A stretch of 64,000 nucleotides of DNA from Phycisphaeraceae bacterium (GTDB taxonomy: Bacteria; Planctomycetota; Phycisphaerae; Phycisphaerales; Phycisphaeraceae): positions 5,184,001 to 5,248,000 of the forward strand of contig OY771506.1 in NCBI GenBank assembly GCA_963674705.1. Reading direction: 5' to 3'. Made by a program: the position numbers and the translations under genes. Under the pieces are notes generated by a model. The model saw only the letters and a list, made by a program, of their open reading frames with translations, ran no database searches and was not told where the DNA came from. Of the stretch, positions 47,920 through 58,800 are shown piece by piece (the stretch's first letter is position 1; the number at the start of each line of letters is the position of its first letter).

Positions 47920-50796
47920 ATGTCTAAACCTGATCCCGGCAAGATGTTGTATTTGATCGACGGCCACGCGCAGATGTTTCGTGCGTTTTATGCGATCCGT
48001 GGCGGGATGACGAGTCCGGTGACGGGGGAGCCGACCAACGCGCTGTTTGCGTTTACGGGGCTCTTGATCAAGTTGTTCAAGGAATGTCGGCCGGCGTATG
48101 CGGCGATGGTCGTGGACCCGAAGGGTAAGACGTTCCGTGATGCGTTTTACCCGGAGTACAAAGCCAATCGTGACGAGGCGCCGGAAGAATTCGTTGCGCA
48201 GATCCCGCGGATGTTTGAGTTGGCGAAGCTGTTTGGTCTGCCGATCCTTGAAGTGCCGGAGTTCGAGGCGGACGATGTGATGGCAACGCTGGCGGACCGC
48301 GTTTCAGCCGGTGCATTTGATAATGATGAACCGGGGCTGCACCTTCGACTGGTCGCGAAAGATAAAGATCTGGAGCAGGTGCTCGGCGAGCGCGTCACGA
48401 TGTATGACGTGCAGACCGATCAGGAACTCGATGCGGATGGCTTGATTGAAAAACGTGGGATAACGGCTGCACAGGTGATCGACTACCAGACACTTATCGG
48501 CGACAGCACGGACAACATTCCGGGTGTGAAAGGCATCGGCCCGAAGACCGCGCAGAAACTGCTCGAACAGTTCGGCAGCGTTGAGAGTCTGCTAGCGAAT
48601 CTCGATCAACTCAAGGGCAAGCAGAAGGAAAATCTGGAGCAGGCGCGTGATAATGGGATCATCGAATTAACACGTAAACTCGTGACGCTAAGGCGCGACA
48701 CGCCGATCGACTTTGCGCTTGGCGATACCGAAACAAAGGGGCTGGCAAAGATCGACGGCGCCGCCCTGCTTTCGCTTTTCCGTGAGCTAGGTTTTAATCG
48801 CCATGTCACCGATCTGCAGAAACTGTTGGACATTGATACCTCGGCTGCCGCACCAAATAAGAAGCCAGCGAAAAAGAAAGGCGGTGCGCCCGCGATGGGC
48901 GGACTCTTCGGCTCGATCGAATCGAGTGACGATGAAACGGAAGAGGACGACGACCGCCCCACCATCTCGGCGACGGATGGCGAATACACCGCGATCACGA
49001 CAAAAGAAGAGCTGGCCGACCTCGTTAAAACGCTGAAGAAGCAGAAACTGATCGCAGTCGATACGGAGACGGTCGGGCTGGGGCATTACGCGGACCTTTG
49101 CGGGGTATGTCTTGCGTGGCAGGCGGGTGAAGGTGTGTATGTGCCGGTGCGTTCGCCGAAGCCGGAGGAACACCTCGATGAAGCGACGGTGCTCGAAGCG
49201 CTCAAGCCTGTTTTAGAAGATGCGAAGATCGGCAAGACCGGACACAATCTGAAGTATGACTATCTGGTGCTCAAGCATTCGGGTGTTGAAATGCGCAGTA
49301 TTGTGTTCGACACGATGGTCGCTGGGCATCTGCTTGGTTTACCGGGCATCGGGATGGACGACATGGCGTTGTCGCTGTTGAATTACCACACGATCCCGAT
49401 CAGCGAGTTGATCGGCGAACGCGGGCGCGGCAAGACGCAGAAGACGATGGATCAGGTGCCGCTTGATCAGGCGACGCCCTACTCGGCGGAGGATGCGGAC
49501 ATCAGCTTGCGTTTGTATGAAAAGCTCAGACCCGAGATTGATGACGCCGAGATGGCGAAGCTGATGAACGAGGTGGAGACGCCGCTGATCGAAGTGCTGG
49601 CTGTGATGGAGGATCACGGGATCAAGGTTGATCCGGATATCCTTGATGAACAGAAAGCCGTGTTGAATCAGCGCATCGATGAACTGCGCGACCAGATTCA
49701 TGAAGCGGCAGGTGGCGCGTTTAATATCGATTCGCCGAAGCAACTGGCGGAGGTGCTATTTACGAATCTCGGTTTGCCGGTGGTTAAGCGGCGCAAGACC
49801 GGGCCCTCGACGGATGTGGAGGTATTGCAGAAGCTGGCGGAGATGGAGGATATCGATCCGCAGGTGCAGAAGGTGCCGGTGCTGATGCTGGAGTACCGCC
49901 AGCTCGCCAAACTCGTCGGGACGTATCTTGGCAACCTTAAAGACAGCATCCATCAGGACGATGGGCGTGTGCATGCACGATTCCATCAGACGGGAACCGC
50001 GACGGGTCGTTTATCGTCGAGCGATCCGAACCTGCAGAATATCCCGATCCGCACGGAGATCGGCAAGCAGATACGCAAAGCATTCGTCGCTGAGCCGGGG
50101 CATGTATTGATCAGCGCGGACTATTCGCAGATCGAATTACGTATGCTCGCGCATCTGAGCGAAGACCCGAGGCTGACCGAAGCGTTCAAGAACGATCAGG
50201 ACATTCACGCGGCGGTAGCGGCGCAGGTTTTCAACGTCCCGCTTGATGAGGTGAGTTCCGACCAGCGCGCGCATGCGAAGGTGATCAACTTCGGGATCGT
50301 CTACGGCATCACGGCGTTCGGTCTGGCAAGACGCGTCGAAGGGCTCGACAACGAATCGGCACGCGAGTTGATCAACGGCTATCGTAAACGCTTTGCGGGG
50401 ATCGATACGTTCCTTGCCGATTGCGTGTTGCAGGCACAAAACAACGGCTACGTTACGACGATCCTCGGCAGACGCCGCAACATCGAGCAGATCCATTCAT
50501 CGAACGGCCAGACGCGGCAACTCGGTGAACGGCTAGCCATCAACAGCGTCGTGCAAGGTTCCGCTGCCGACCTGATCAAGCTGGCGATGGTCAATCTGCA
50601 TCGGAAGATTCTGGATGAAAAGCTGCCGATGAAGATGCTGCTTCAGATCCATGACGAACTGGTGTTCGAGACGCCCGAAGATAACGCGGACGCGGCGACG
50701 GAAGTGATCCGCCAGCAGATGGAGCACGCGATGGAATTGAGCGTACCGCTGAAGGTGGATGTAGGCGCGGGGACGGATTGGTTCGCGTCGAAGTAG
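47920..50796 (+). CDS. polA: DNA polymerase I
   Basis: 5'-3' exonuclease (EADD, GDSTDNIPGV), 3'-5' exonuclease (VDTET), polymerase motifs ADYSQIELR, KVINFGIVYG, QIHDEL. Confidence 0.98.
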   Translation: MSKPDPGKMLYLIDGHAQMFRAFYAIRGGMTSPVTGEPTNALFAFTGLLIKLFKECRPAYAAMVVDPKGKTFRDAFYPEYKANRDEAPEEFVAQIPRMFELAKLFGLPILEVPEFEADDVMATLADRVSAGAFDNDEPGLHLRLVAKDKDLEQVLGERVTMYDVQTDQELDADGLIEKRGITAAQVIDYQTLIGDSTDNIPGVKGIGPKTAQKLLEQFGSVESLLANLDQLKGKQKENLEQARDNGIIELTRKLVTLRRDTPIDFALGDTETKGLAKIDGAALLSLFRELGFNRHVTDLQKLLDIDTSAAAPNKKPAKKKGGAPAMGGLFGSIESSDDETEEDDDRPTISATDGEYTAITTKEELADLVKTLKKQKLIAVDTETVGLGHYADLCGVCLAWQAGEGVYVPVRSPKPEEHLDEATVLEALKPVLEDAKIGKTGHNLKYDYLVLKHSGVEMRSIVFDTMVAGHLLGLPGIGMDDMALSLLNYHTIPISELIGERGRGKTQKTMDQVPLDQATPYSAEDADISLRLYEKLRPEIDDAEMAKLMNEVETPLIEVLAVMEDHGIKVDPDILDEQKAVLNQRIDELRDQIHEAAGGAFNIDSPKQLAEVLFTNLGLPVVKRRKTGPSTDVEVLQKLAEMEDIDPQVQKVPVLMLEYRQLAKLVGTYLGNLKDSIHQDDGRVHARFHQTGTATGRLSSSDPNLQNIPIRTEIGKQIRKAFVAEPGHVLISADYSQIELRMLAHLSEDPRLTEAFKNDQDIHAAVAAQVFNVPLDEVSSDQRAHAKVINFGIVYGITAFGLARRVEGLDNESARELINGYRKRFAGIDTFLADCVLQAQNNGYVTTILGRRRNIEQIHSSNGQTRQLGERLAINSVVQGSAADLIKLAMVNLHRKILDEKLPMKMLLQIHDELVFETPEDNADAATEVIRQQMEHAMELSVPLKVDVGAGTDWFASK

Positions 50797-50834
50797 ATCG
50801 AAATTCAATTTAATTTTCGTTCATGCATCTTTCA

Positions 50835-50919
50835 TAGCCGCATTGCGACGCAATGCGGGCGGTGTAGATTTGATGCACAATGAAGCAAAGAGAATTTACC
50901 CCGGGCAAGTTCGGGGCTA
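50835..50919. repeat. Family A REPIN-like pair between convergent genes
   Basis: TAGCCGCATTGCGACGCAATGCGGGC ... CCCCGGGCAAGTTCGGGGCTA. Confidence 0.7.
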
Positions 50920-50937
50920 AATAGCGGTCAAAACAAT

Positions 50938-52590
50938 CTACTCTTCGAGTTTAGCGAGGATGTTCTGGGTGAGGTCCCAGAAGTTGTTTTCGCGGAAGGC
51001 GGTAGCTGCGCCGGGCAGTGAGCCGAAGCGTTGGGCGTGGTGGTTCCAGTGGTCCTGGGCGGAGAAGAGTTTTTGTTTCACGACGCCGGCGAGTGCCGCG
51101 TCGCTGTTGCGTTGGAACCGTCGGTAGTTTGCCAGGCCGACAAGCAGATCGCGCAAGGCTTCGAAGAGTGATTCGCCGTAGAGCATGGTGTTGACCATGG
51201 GGGTCAGATCATGAGGCCTGCGGTCGCCAACGGCCTGGTGCAGCGCGGCGCGGTGTCGGCTGATGACTTCGGCGGCGGCTTCTTTTTCCTGAATCAGTTC
51301 ATCGAGCTGCGCATCGCTGAGCTTCTGGATGATGCGCCAGGCGGCCTGTGCATCGAGCAGATCGTCCTGGATCCAGTCTGCGTTGGGATGCCACGGACTC
51401 GGCCGCGACTTGGCGAACGGGCCGATGTAAAATGCCTGGCGGATGAATTCCGGTGAGTCTTCGAGAAGATCAACGAGAGATTGGGCGTATTTGGCGTCTG
51501 CGCCGAGGCGGTCCTGCGCCCATTGCTGTGCAAGCTTGTGCGTGTCTGCTCGTGGATCGTCTGCAAGCAAAGGCACGGCGTAGACGTTGGCGTCGATCCA
51601 CTGTTCGTTCTTTACGAACGGCCCACCCCAGCCGCCGCCACGCACCCACGCCCAGAGGCCCGCGAAGTTAACGCGATCGACCGCCTCTGCCAGGCCGTGG
51701 ACTTCACCTTCCTCATGCGCCACTTCCGGATAGCCGTTACGCCAGAGCGGGGCTTGCCAGTTGGGGATGCCGCCTTTGCCTTCGAACTCGCGCTGGCATT
51801 GCAGTTCGTAGATGATCGGGCGTTTGCCGCAGACCAGGCTGGAGGGGTTCCAGCGTTGGTAGCGCCAGAAGTCGGTCTGTGTGAATTTGAATGACAGGAC
51901 GAGTCGATCGTCTTCCGGATCACCAGGCAGTCCTGCGGCGATGCGGCCAGCGAGTTCCGGCGCGTCGTGCATGCCGTTGGGCCTGACGTTCCACGCGCGG
52001 ACGATCAGGCGTTTGTTCGCCTGCTCGACGACGACACGGTGTATCTGCTTGATGAATTCGATCGCCCGATCGGCGCGGCCGAACCGACTGCAACGCGAGC
52101 AGTGCGGCGTGTAGATATCGTTGCCAATAAGGTGTGGCAGGCGCTGTGCGTCGGTGTCGCCGAAGCGGAACACGATGCCGTCGACCTGGGGCCAACGGTT
52201 GAGCATGGTTTCGACCGCAGCGGCGGAAAGCTCCTGCGCCTGTTCGCTGGCCGGGCAAAGCGTCTGCGGTCGGCCTTTGCAGCAGAGCCCGGTGACGTTG
52301 CGTTCGACGATGTGCACCGGCAGGACCAAGGCGTCATAGAACAGGTAGACCGCCAGCCCTGCAGACTGGGCGCGGTGGATGGTTTGGGCGATGTGCTCGG
52401 AATGAGCGTTGACCCAGCGGCGCACTTCATCGGAGGAGATGAGGTCGAGGTTGCGCAGGCCGGACAGGGCCGTGCTTTCGTAGATAACCAGGCCGTTGTA
52501 CCCGAGGGCCTTCAATTCGGCCGGGTCCTGGTACCGCGTGTCGACCTCCGGCTCGCCGGGGTTCTCGATAAGTGTCGCCAGCTTCAGCAT
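50938..52590 (-). CDS. Hypothetical protein, possibly a glycoside-hydrolase-like TIM barrel
   Basis: 550-aa ORF; DGIVFRFGD, IVRAW, DFWRY, QREFEGKG, RGGGWGGP. Confidence 0.6.
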   Translation of the reverse strand: MLKLATLIENPGEPEVDTRYQDPAELKALGYNGLVIYESTALSGLRNLDLISSDEVRRWVNAHSEHIAQTIHRAQSAGLAVYLFYDALVLPVHIVERNVTGLCCKGRPQTLCPASEQAQELSAAAVETMLNRWPQVDGIVFRFGDTDAQRLPHLIGNDIYTPHCSRCSRFGRADRAIEFIKQIHRVVVEQANKRLIVRAWNVRPNGMHDAPELAGRIAAGLPGDPEDDRLVLSFKFTQTDFWRYQRWNPSSLVCGKRPIIYELQCQREFEGKGGIPNWQAPLWRNGYPEVAHEEGEVHGLAEAVDRVNFAGLWAWVRGGGWGGPFVKNEQWIDANVYAVPLLADDPRADTHKLAQQWAQDRLGADAKYAQSLVDLLEDSPEFIRQAFYIGPFAKSRPSPWHPNADWIQDDLLDAQAAWRIIQKLSDAQLDELIQEKEAAAEVISRHRAALHQAVGDRRPHDLTPMVNTMLYGESLFEALRDLLVGLANYRRFQRNSDAALAGVVKQKLFSAQDHWNHHAQRFGSLPGAATAFRENNFWDLTQNILAKLEE

Positions 52591-52626
52591 GAATAAGGAT
52601 GATAGCGGATGGCCCCCCTATCGTCA

Positions 52627-53034
52627 TCAGCCGTATCCCAAAGCATCAAGATCCTCTTCTTCGAGCCCGAAGTGGTGGCCGATTTCGTGCAGCAGCGTGA
52701 TGCGGATCTGCTTGCGCAGTTCGGTTAGCGCCCGGTTGCCGGAGCCTGAACCGGGGTAGCCGGCCAGCCGCATGATCGGGCCACGGAAGAGCATCATGCG
52801 GTCGGGAAAGTCGATAGCGGTCTCGGTACCCCGCTCGGTTATGGGTGTACCCCAATGCAGGCCACAGAGGTCGTCGTCCGCATCCATCTCCATGTCCGCG
52901 AGCAAAGCCGGGCTGGGCTCGTCCTCCACGATCAGGGGCACTTCCTCCAGCAAATCGTGCAACTGCTGAGGCAGACGGTCGATCGTCTGGTCGAGGATGT
53001 CATCAAAGACCTGTCTGTCGCGGGTGCAGAGCAT
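52627..53034 (-). CDS. Zincin-like metallopeptidase (minimal zincin family)
   Basis: LCGLHWG, PDRMMLFRGPI, TLLHEIGHHFG. Confidence 0.88.
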   Translation of the reverse strand: MLCTRDRQVFDDILDQTIDRLPQQLHDLLEEVPLIVEDEPSPALLADMEMDADDDLCGLHWGTPITERGTETAIDFPDRMMLFRGPIMRLAGYPGSGSGNRALTELRKQIRITLLHEIGHHFGLEEEDLDALGYG

Positions 53035-54373
53035 GAAACATAGTATACGAGCGGCCTAGCCTGCGGGCCGACCTGCACATCATAGCAAGCCCTCCCACCA
53101 TGATGCACAAACTGCCCGGCTCGGGGACGTCGCGGTAGAGATGTATATACCCGATCTGTTGTTCGGAATCGTTGTACTCTAATCCGTTCACGACGGTGTA
53201 TCCATTTTCAAGGGCGACGCTGATTCCGAAAACTTCGAGTCTACCTTGATATTCAGTTCCCCTGACTATGTCGACAAGTTCGCCGGATTCCAGATTAAAG
53301 TAGTGAAGTGCCCCTTTCCCTACGCCATTGAGGCTTTCGCCTGGAGAACTAACGATCGCGGTCTGTCCATCCAAAGCCACGGCATAGCCGAAGTTGTCGA
53401 TTTGCTCATCACTTTCCGAGTCGAATCGGCCCAACCATTGTCCTGTTTCTACGTCGTAATAATCCGCAAAACCGACCGGACTCATGCTGTTATCATACCG
53501 CCACTCAGGTGCTCCAATCAGAGCAATGCTATTCGATAAGGCAACCGATCGTGCAAACCATACGCCTTGACGCTCGACCGAAGGAGCGAGTTTGTAGAGT
53601 TCTTCGCCGGTTGTGATATCAAATACATAGGCTGAGCCGGCATAGTTATCCGAGACCGTCTCTTCTAATGTGCCGATTACCGCCAGATTCCCTTCGACTG
53701 CAAGCGATATTCCGAACTGTTGTTGCTCGTGTGCATCCGAAGGGATGATCTTTCGTAGCTGCTGGCCCGTGGTCAGATCAAACACATAGGCAGCGCCGGC
53801 GTCTTCTCCAGCGTAATCGTTCTGAAAAGCAGTAACCACCGCGAGGTTGCCACTGATCGCGACTCTTCCACCAAAGTAATCCAGCGAGGAGGAATCATCC
53901 GGGGTAAGCCGATAAAGCTCCTGGCCGGTCTGCACATCGAAGATGTACGCAGACCCCGGATCATCAACCTCTTCGAAGATATCAGTGCCCAGCATCGCCC
54001 CCTGCACCGGGGCTCCGACCAGTGCCCGATTCCCTTCGATGGCTACTTTGATCCCAAAAATGCCCTGCAAGGTTGATTGTGAGGGCGATAGCCGATGCTT
54101 GATCTGGCCCGTCGCGACATCGATCAGATAAGCTGCGCCACCATAAGGAAACACTTCTCCATCCGCCGGTGCCCCGGCGATGATTGTCTGCCCGCTGATA
54201 TCCAGCGCCCAGCCCAAACCGGTCGCAACGCCGGTATCTCCGGGGCTGATCCGCCACACCTGCTGCACCGCAGCCGACAGTGGCGAAACGAAGCTGAGCA
54301 AGGTGATGAGGACGGACCATCTCATAAGAGATAGCTTCCGCGTCGCGAGATAATGGTGGTGGAACCCCGTCAT
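53003..54373 (-). CDS. FG-GAP repeat beta-propeller protein with PEP-CTERM (no dockerin-like cassette)
   Basis: Repeats FG..VA..G..ALVGAP...GSAYIFD; VPEPG, TM segment, basic tail. Confidence 0.82.
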   Translation of the reverse strand: MTGFHHHYLATRKLSLMRWSVLITLLSFVSPLSAAVQQVWRISPGDTGVATGLGWALDISGQTIIAGAPADGEVFPYGGAAYLIDVATGQIKHRLSPSQSTLQGIFGIKVAIEGNRALVGAPVQGAMLGTDIFEEVDDPGSAYIFDVQTGQELYRLTPDDSSSLDYFGGRVAISGNLAVVTAFQNDYAGEDAGAAYVFDLTTGQQLRKIIPSDAHEQQQFGISLAVEGNLAVIGTLEETVSDNYAGSAYVFDITTGEELYKLAPSVERQGVWFARSVALSNSIALIGAPEWRYDNSMSPVGFADYYDVETGQWLGRFDSESDEQIDNFGYAVALDGQTAIVSSPGESLNGVGKGALHYFNLESGELVDIVRGTEYQGRLEVFGISVALENGYTVVNGLEYNDSEQQIGYIHLYRDVPEPGSLCIMVGGLAMMCRSARRLGRSYTMFHALHPRQTGL

Positions 54374-54531
54374 GTCAGTATCCCTCCGGTTAGCGGATGA
54401 ATGCGGTGAAGCCTCGCCTCGGTGTGAGGGGGACTGTTAAGCCTATCTATCGGCAACAACTGATCGGAAGCCACAGAATGTAGCTATCACGCGTTACTAT
54501 CCCGTTATCAGGAAACCGCTACAATCTTCGG

Positions 54532-55629
54532 ATGCAATCGCGCCCCTACTTTTTTGATCTCACACCCGACACGCTTGCGGAGCAGCTTGCGGGCTACGGT
54601 ATGCCCGCGTACCGGGCGAAGCAGGTCTTGGAGTGGGTGTACAAGCATGGCGTGACCGATCCAGTGAAAATGACGAATCTGGGCAAAAAGGATCAGCAGC
54701 TATTGGTGGAGAACCTCACGTTCGTGCGTGGGCGGGTGTTGGGGCATCAGCTTGCGACGGACGGGACGCAGAAGCTGTTGATCGACTGGTCGCTTGAGGC
54801 GGCAGATGACGGGGGCTTGAATGTTTTGAACGTGCAGGGGGACCGAGCTTCACAGACCGAGTGCGTGATGATCCCGGCGGATGAAAACAAGCCACGCCGC
54901 ACGGCGTGCATCTCCAGCCAGGTCGGGTGCCCGGTCGGTTGCAAGTTCTGTGCATCGGGATTGGGCGGGTTGGATGGCAACCTGAGCGCGGGACAGATCG
55001 TGCAGCAGGTCTGGCAGCTTGGGCAGCTCGAAGGTGTCGAGCGGATCAGCCATGTTGTATTTATGGGGATGGGTGAACCGTTGTCGAACTTCAATGCGGT
55101 GACGGCTGCGGTGAAAACTTTGACCGCTGATTGGGGATTAGGCATATCGGGCCGGCGCATAACGATCAGCACGGTCGGATTACCGGCACAGATGCGCCGG
55201 CTTGCCGAGATCGACATGCCGATCACGCTGGCGATCAGTTTGCATGCACCGAATGATGAATTGCGTCGGCAACTGATCCCTTGGGCGGAGTCGGTGAGTA
55301 TCGAGCAGTTGATTGAGGCGGGCCGGTATTATTTTGACAAGAGCGGCCGCGAGGTCACGCTGGAATACATCCTGCTGGGCGGGGTCAATGACCAGGCGGA
55401 GCATGCGAGGGAGTTATCGCACGTTGCCAGGCGGTTGCGGAGTAATATCAACCTGATCCGCTACAACGAGGTAGCCGGTTTGCCGTACAAACGTCCGACC
55501 GATCAGGATGTTCATCGGTTTCAGCAGACGCTTCGTTCGGCGGGGATCAACTGTCATATCCGTGCCAGCCGAGGCCGGGACATTGCAGCGGCCTGCGGGC
55601 AGTTGCGTCATGAGCACAAGCAGACATGA
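54532..55629 (+). CDS. rlmN: Dual-specificity RNA methyltransferase RlmN
   Basis: CISSQVGCPVGCKFC, FMGMGEP, SLHAP, EYILL, IAAACGQL. Confidence 0.96.
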   Translation: MQSRPYFFDLTPDTLAEQLAGYGMPAYRAKQVLEWVYKHGVTDPVKMTNLGKKDQQLLVENLTFVRGRVLGHQLATDGTQKLLIDWSLEAADDGGLNVLNVQGDRASQTECVMIPADENKPRRTACISSQVGCPVGCKFCASGLGGLDGNLSAGQIVQQVWQLGQLEGVERISHVVFMGMGEPLSNFNAVTAAVKTLTADWGLGISGRRITISTVGLPAQMRRLAEIDMPITLAISLHAPNDELRRQLIPWAESVSIEQLIEAGRYYFDKSGREVTLEYILLGGVNDQAEHARELSHVARRLRSNINLIRYNEVAGLPYKRPTDQDVHRFQQTLRSAGINCHIRASRGRDIAAACGQLRHEHKQT

Positions 55630-55833
55630 TGTAAAATGCCGATAGCCCGATAGTATCGGGTTTCAGATGTAAGCATGTCATCAGCCATAGGCAATTTCCC
55701 GGCTAGCCATCAACGGCTCTTTGTTTTTAGACGATAGCAACCCTTGTATACCCGCGCGGTTGGGCTGTGGTTATGGGTCTATCCCAAGGTGGCCGAACCG
55801 TCACAAAAATGGGCCCAAAACTCGTTTTCGTAT

Positions 55834-58800
55834 ATGACGACAAACGATGACATCACGGCTACGAAGTCAACGCGACGTCCTTGCTGGCGGCTTGTCTACT
55901 TCCTGCTGGCGGCACTGACTCTGTTTGCCGTGCTGTTATGCCTCGGGCTTAACCACCACATCACCGAGTTGTATCGAGAATCGGTCACGGTCAATAACAG
56001 GTGGTCTTCAAAGCTCAAGCTGGTGAACAAGCTCGAAGCCCTGACGACATCCGCCAAGAAAGATGTCGAGCAAGTTCTGTTGAATGGGCATGACAATGAC
56101 AAGGTCGAGAAGTTCGAAAATAAGATCGATCAATTCGATGTACTGCTGGCTTCGCTCGTGGATCAACTGAATAATACCGAAACGACCGATCCAAATGAAT
56201 CTAAAGCCATTATCGATCTGTTGCATGAAGCACAGGCATCGATACAGGGCATGAAGTCTCATTCCATCGACCTGATGTATACCTCGGGTGATGCAACGCT
56301 ATCAACATCCAGTGCGATGCTTGTCGAAATCGACCGGTCCTTCGCGCAGACTTTGCTGGCCTTGGCGCAGATCAGGGAGCAGATTTCAACCAGCAAAGAT
56401 AGCCTGCTGGTCAAGCAGAGTTATACCGCCAACTTTATCCGCAACCTTGAGATTGCTTTCGGTTCGCTTGTCGTGTGCCTGGTTATTATTGCCTCATATT
56501 ACGGGTATCGGCTATCGATCACGATGAAGCGGATCGACGTCGATCGCGAGCTCGCACTTGTCGAACTGAACAATCAGCGGTTGGCTCTCGATCAGCATTC
56601 CATCGTCAGCAGCACGGATATCTGGGGCAATATCATCTACGCCAACGATAAGCTCTGTGAGTTAAGCGGATATACACGGGAAGAACTGCTAAGCCAGAAC
56701 CATCGGGTCCTTAAGAGCGGCGAACATCCAGAGGCGTTCTATAAAGACATGTGGGACACGGTTAAGTCTGGCAAGACCTGGCGTGGTGAAGTCAAAAACC
56801 GTGCCAAGGACGGCAGCTACTACTGGGTAGATGCGACGATTGTGCCTTTCAAGGATGAGCGTGGGCGGGTCACCAGTTATACCGCAATCCGCACGGACAT
56901 CACGGTCCTGAAAGAAGCGGAAGAGCGTAACCGTAAACAGGCCGCCCGTTTGGAGACTGCCACGAAGGGCGCGCAGGTAGGAATATGGGAATATGACATC
57001 GCCCGTGATATTGCTATCTGGGACGATACAACACACAAGATCTATGGATACACCAATAGCCGGGTCGCCCCGGAAGATACTCTCGCAGCCTGGAAGCATG
57101 TCGTCCATCCCGACGATCTTGAGGAAAGCATCAGTAAATTCAATCATTCGCTTCAGACTGGAAGTATGTTCGAGCACGCGCTGAGAATCGTTCGCGCTGA
57201 CAACGGACAGGTACGCCACATCAGAACCACAGCATCGTTTGAATACGATACCGAGGGAAAACCCGTTCGCGTCATCGGCATCATCTGGGATGAAACCAAT
57301 ACATTCAAAGCATCTGAAGAAATCGAGCGCCGTGAAGAGGAAATCCGCGCTATCCTGGATGCTATTCCGTCCTATGTCTATTACAAAGACAACAACAACA
57401 AAATACTAAGGCTTAACCGCGCCGCGGCGGAATCGATCGGCAAGCCTATCAAAGATATAGAAAATCATCAGACCGAAGAATTTTTCCCAAAAGAAGACGC
57501 CAGGAACTATATTGAAGACGACAGGGAGGTTCTTGACAGCAAGCAACCTAAATTAGGTATCGTTGAATCATACAGCACCGGCAATAACGAGCAGATGATT
57601 ATCCGCACGGATAAGATCCCGCTCAAGAATGCCGAGGGTGTGTACGACAGGCTTGTCGCTATCTCGACTGATATCACCGATCATATCAAGAACGAGCAGC
57701 GCCTCAAAGAAAGCGAAGAACGTTACAAGCTGGCGGTTCAGGGCTCGCGCGACGGCTTGTGGGATTGGGACCTGACCAATGACTGTGTTTACTACGCGCC
57801 ACGCTGGAAGCAGATGCTTGGCCTGGAAAGTATCAGTATCAGCGATTCGCCCGATGAGTGGATAAGCCGTATCGATCCCCGGGACCTGGGATCATTTATG
57901 CAGGAGTTCGACCAGCATCTTCGGGGTGAGGATGATGTATTCGAGGTCGAACTGCGGATGCGTCATTACACGGGTAGGATCATCTGGATGCTCTGCCGCG
58001 GCGCCGTTGTGCGTAATGAGGATGGCCGGGCGGTGCGTGTCGCCGGCTCATTGGCGGATATCCACGAGATCAAGCAGGTCCAGGATGAATTACGGCAGAT
58101 CGCAGAGCACGATCGTCTGACCGGGATGCCCAACCGCGAACTCTTCCAGCGTCGTCTTGAGGAAGCAATCGGCCGCAGCCACGAAGACCCGGACTTCAAG
58201 TTCGCCATCCTGTTCTTCGACTTCGACCGGTTCAAGGTCATCAACGACAGCCTCGGACATGGCGTCGGGGATGCGCTGCTGATCGATATCGCGCAACACT
58301 TCAAGAAAGTACTCCGGGCGAACGATATCGCCTCGCGCTTCGGCGGGGATGAATTCGTCGTCTTGTTGAATGACCTGAAGAACTACGATGAAGCCCTGCT
58401 GGCAGGCAATCGGCTGTTAGAGGCTTTCTCAAGCCCACACCTGCTGATGGGCCACGAAGTATTCTCAACCACAAGCATCGGACTGGTGACCAATGAATCC
58501 CGGTACGAACGGGCCGAGGACATGATCCGAGACGCCGACGTCGCGATGTATCAGGCAAAAGAAGCGGGCAGAGCGCAGATCGTCGTCTTCGATCAGCAGA
58601 TGCACGAAGAAGCACTGGATCGTCTTCAGCTTGAAGCGGACCTGCGCGAGGCCCTGGAGAACGACGAGTTTCACCTGGTGTATCAGCCGATCATCAGCCT
58701 GGAAGCCGGGGAGATTCACGGCTTCGAAGCACTACTTCGTTGGGAACATTCCTCACGCGGGCTCGTTTCACCCGATGACTTCATCCCGATCGCCGAGGAT

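Noticed and set aside
54437..54470. GCCGATAG as a sigma28 -10 box for the FG-GAP gene
   Set aside because: No matching -35 element at the expected spacing
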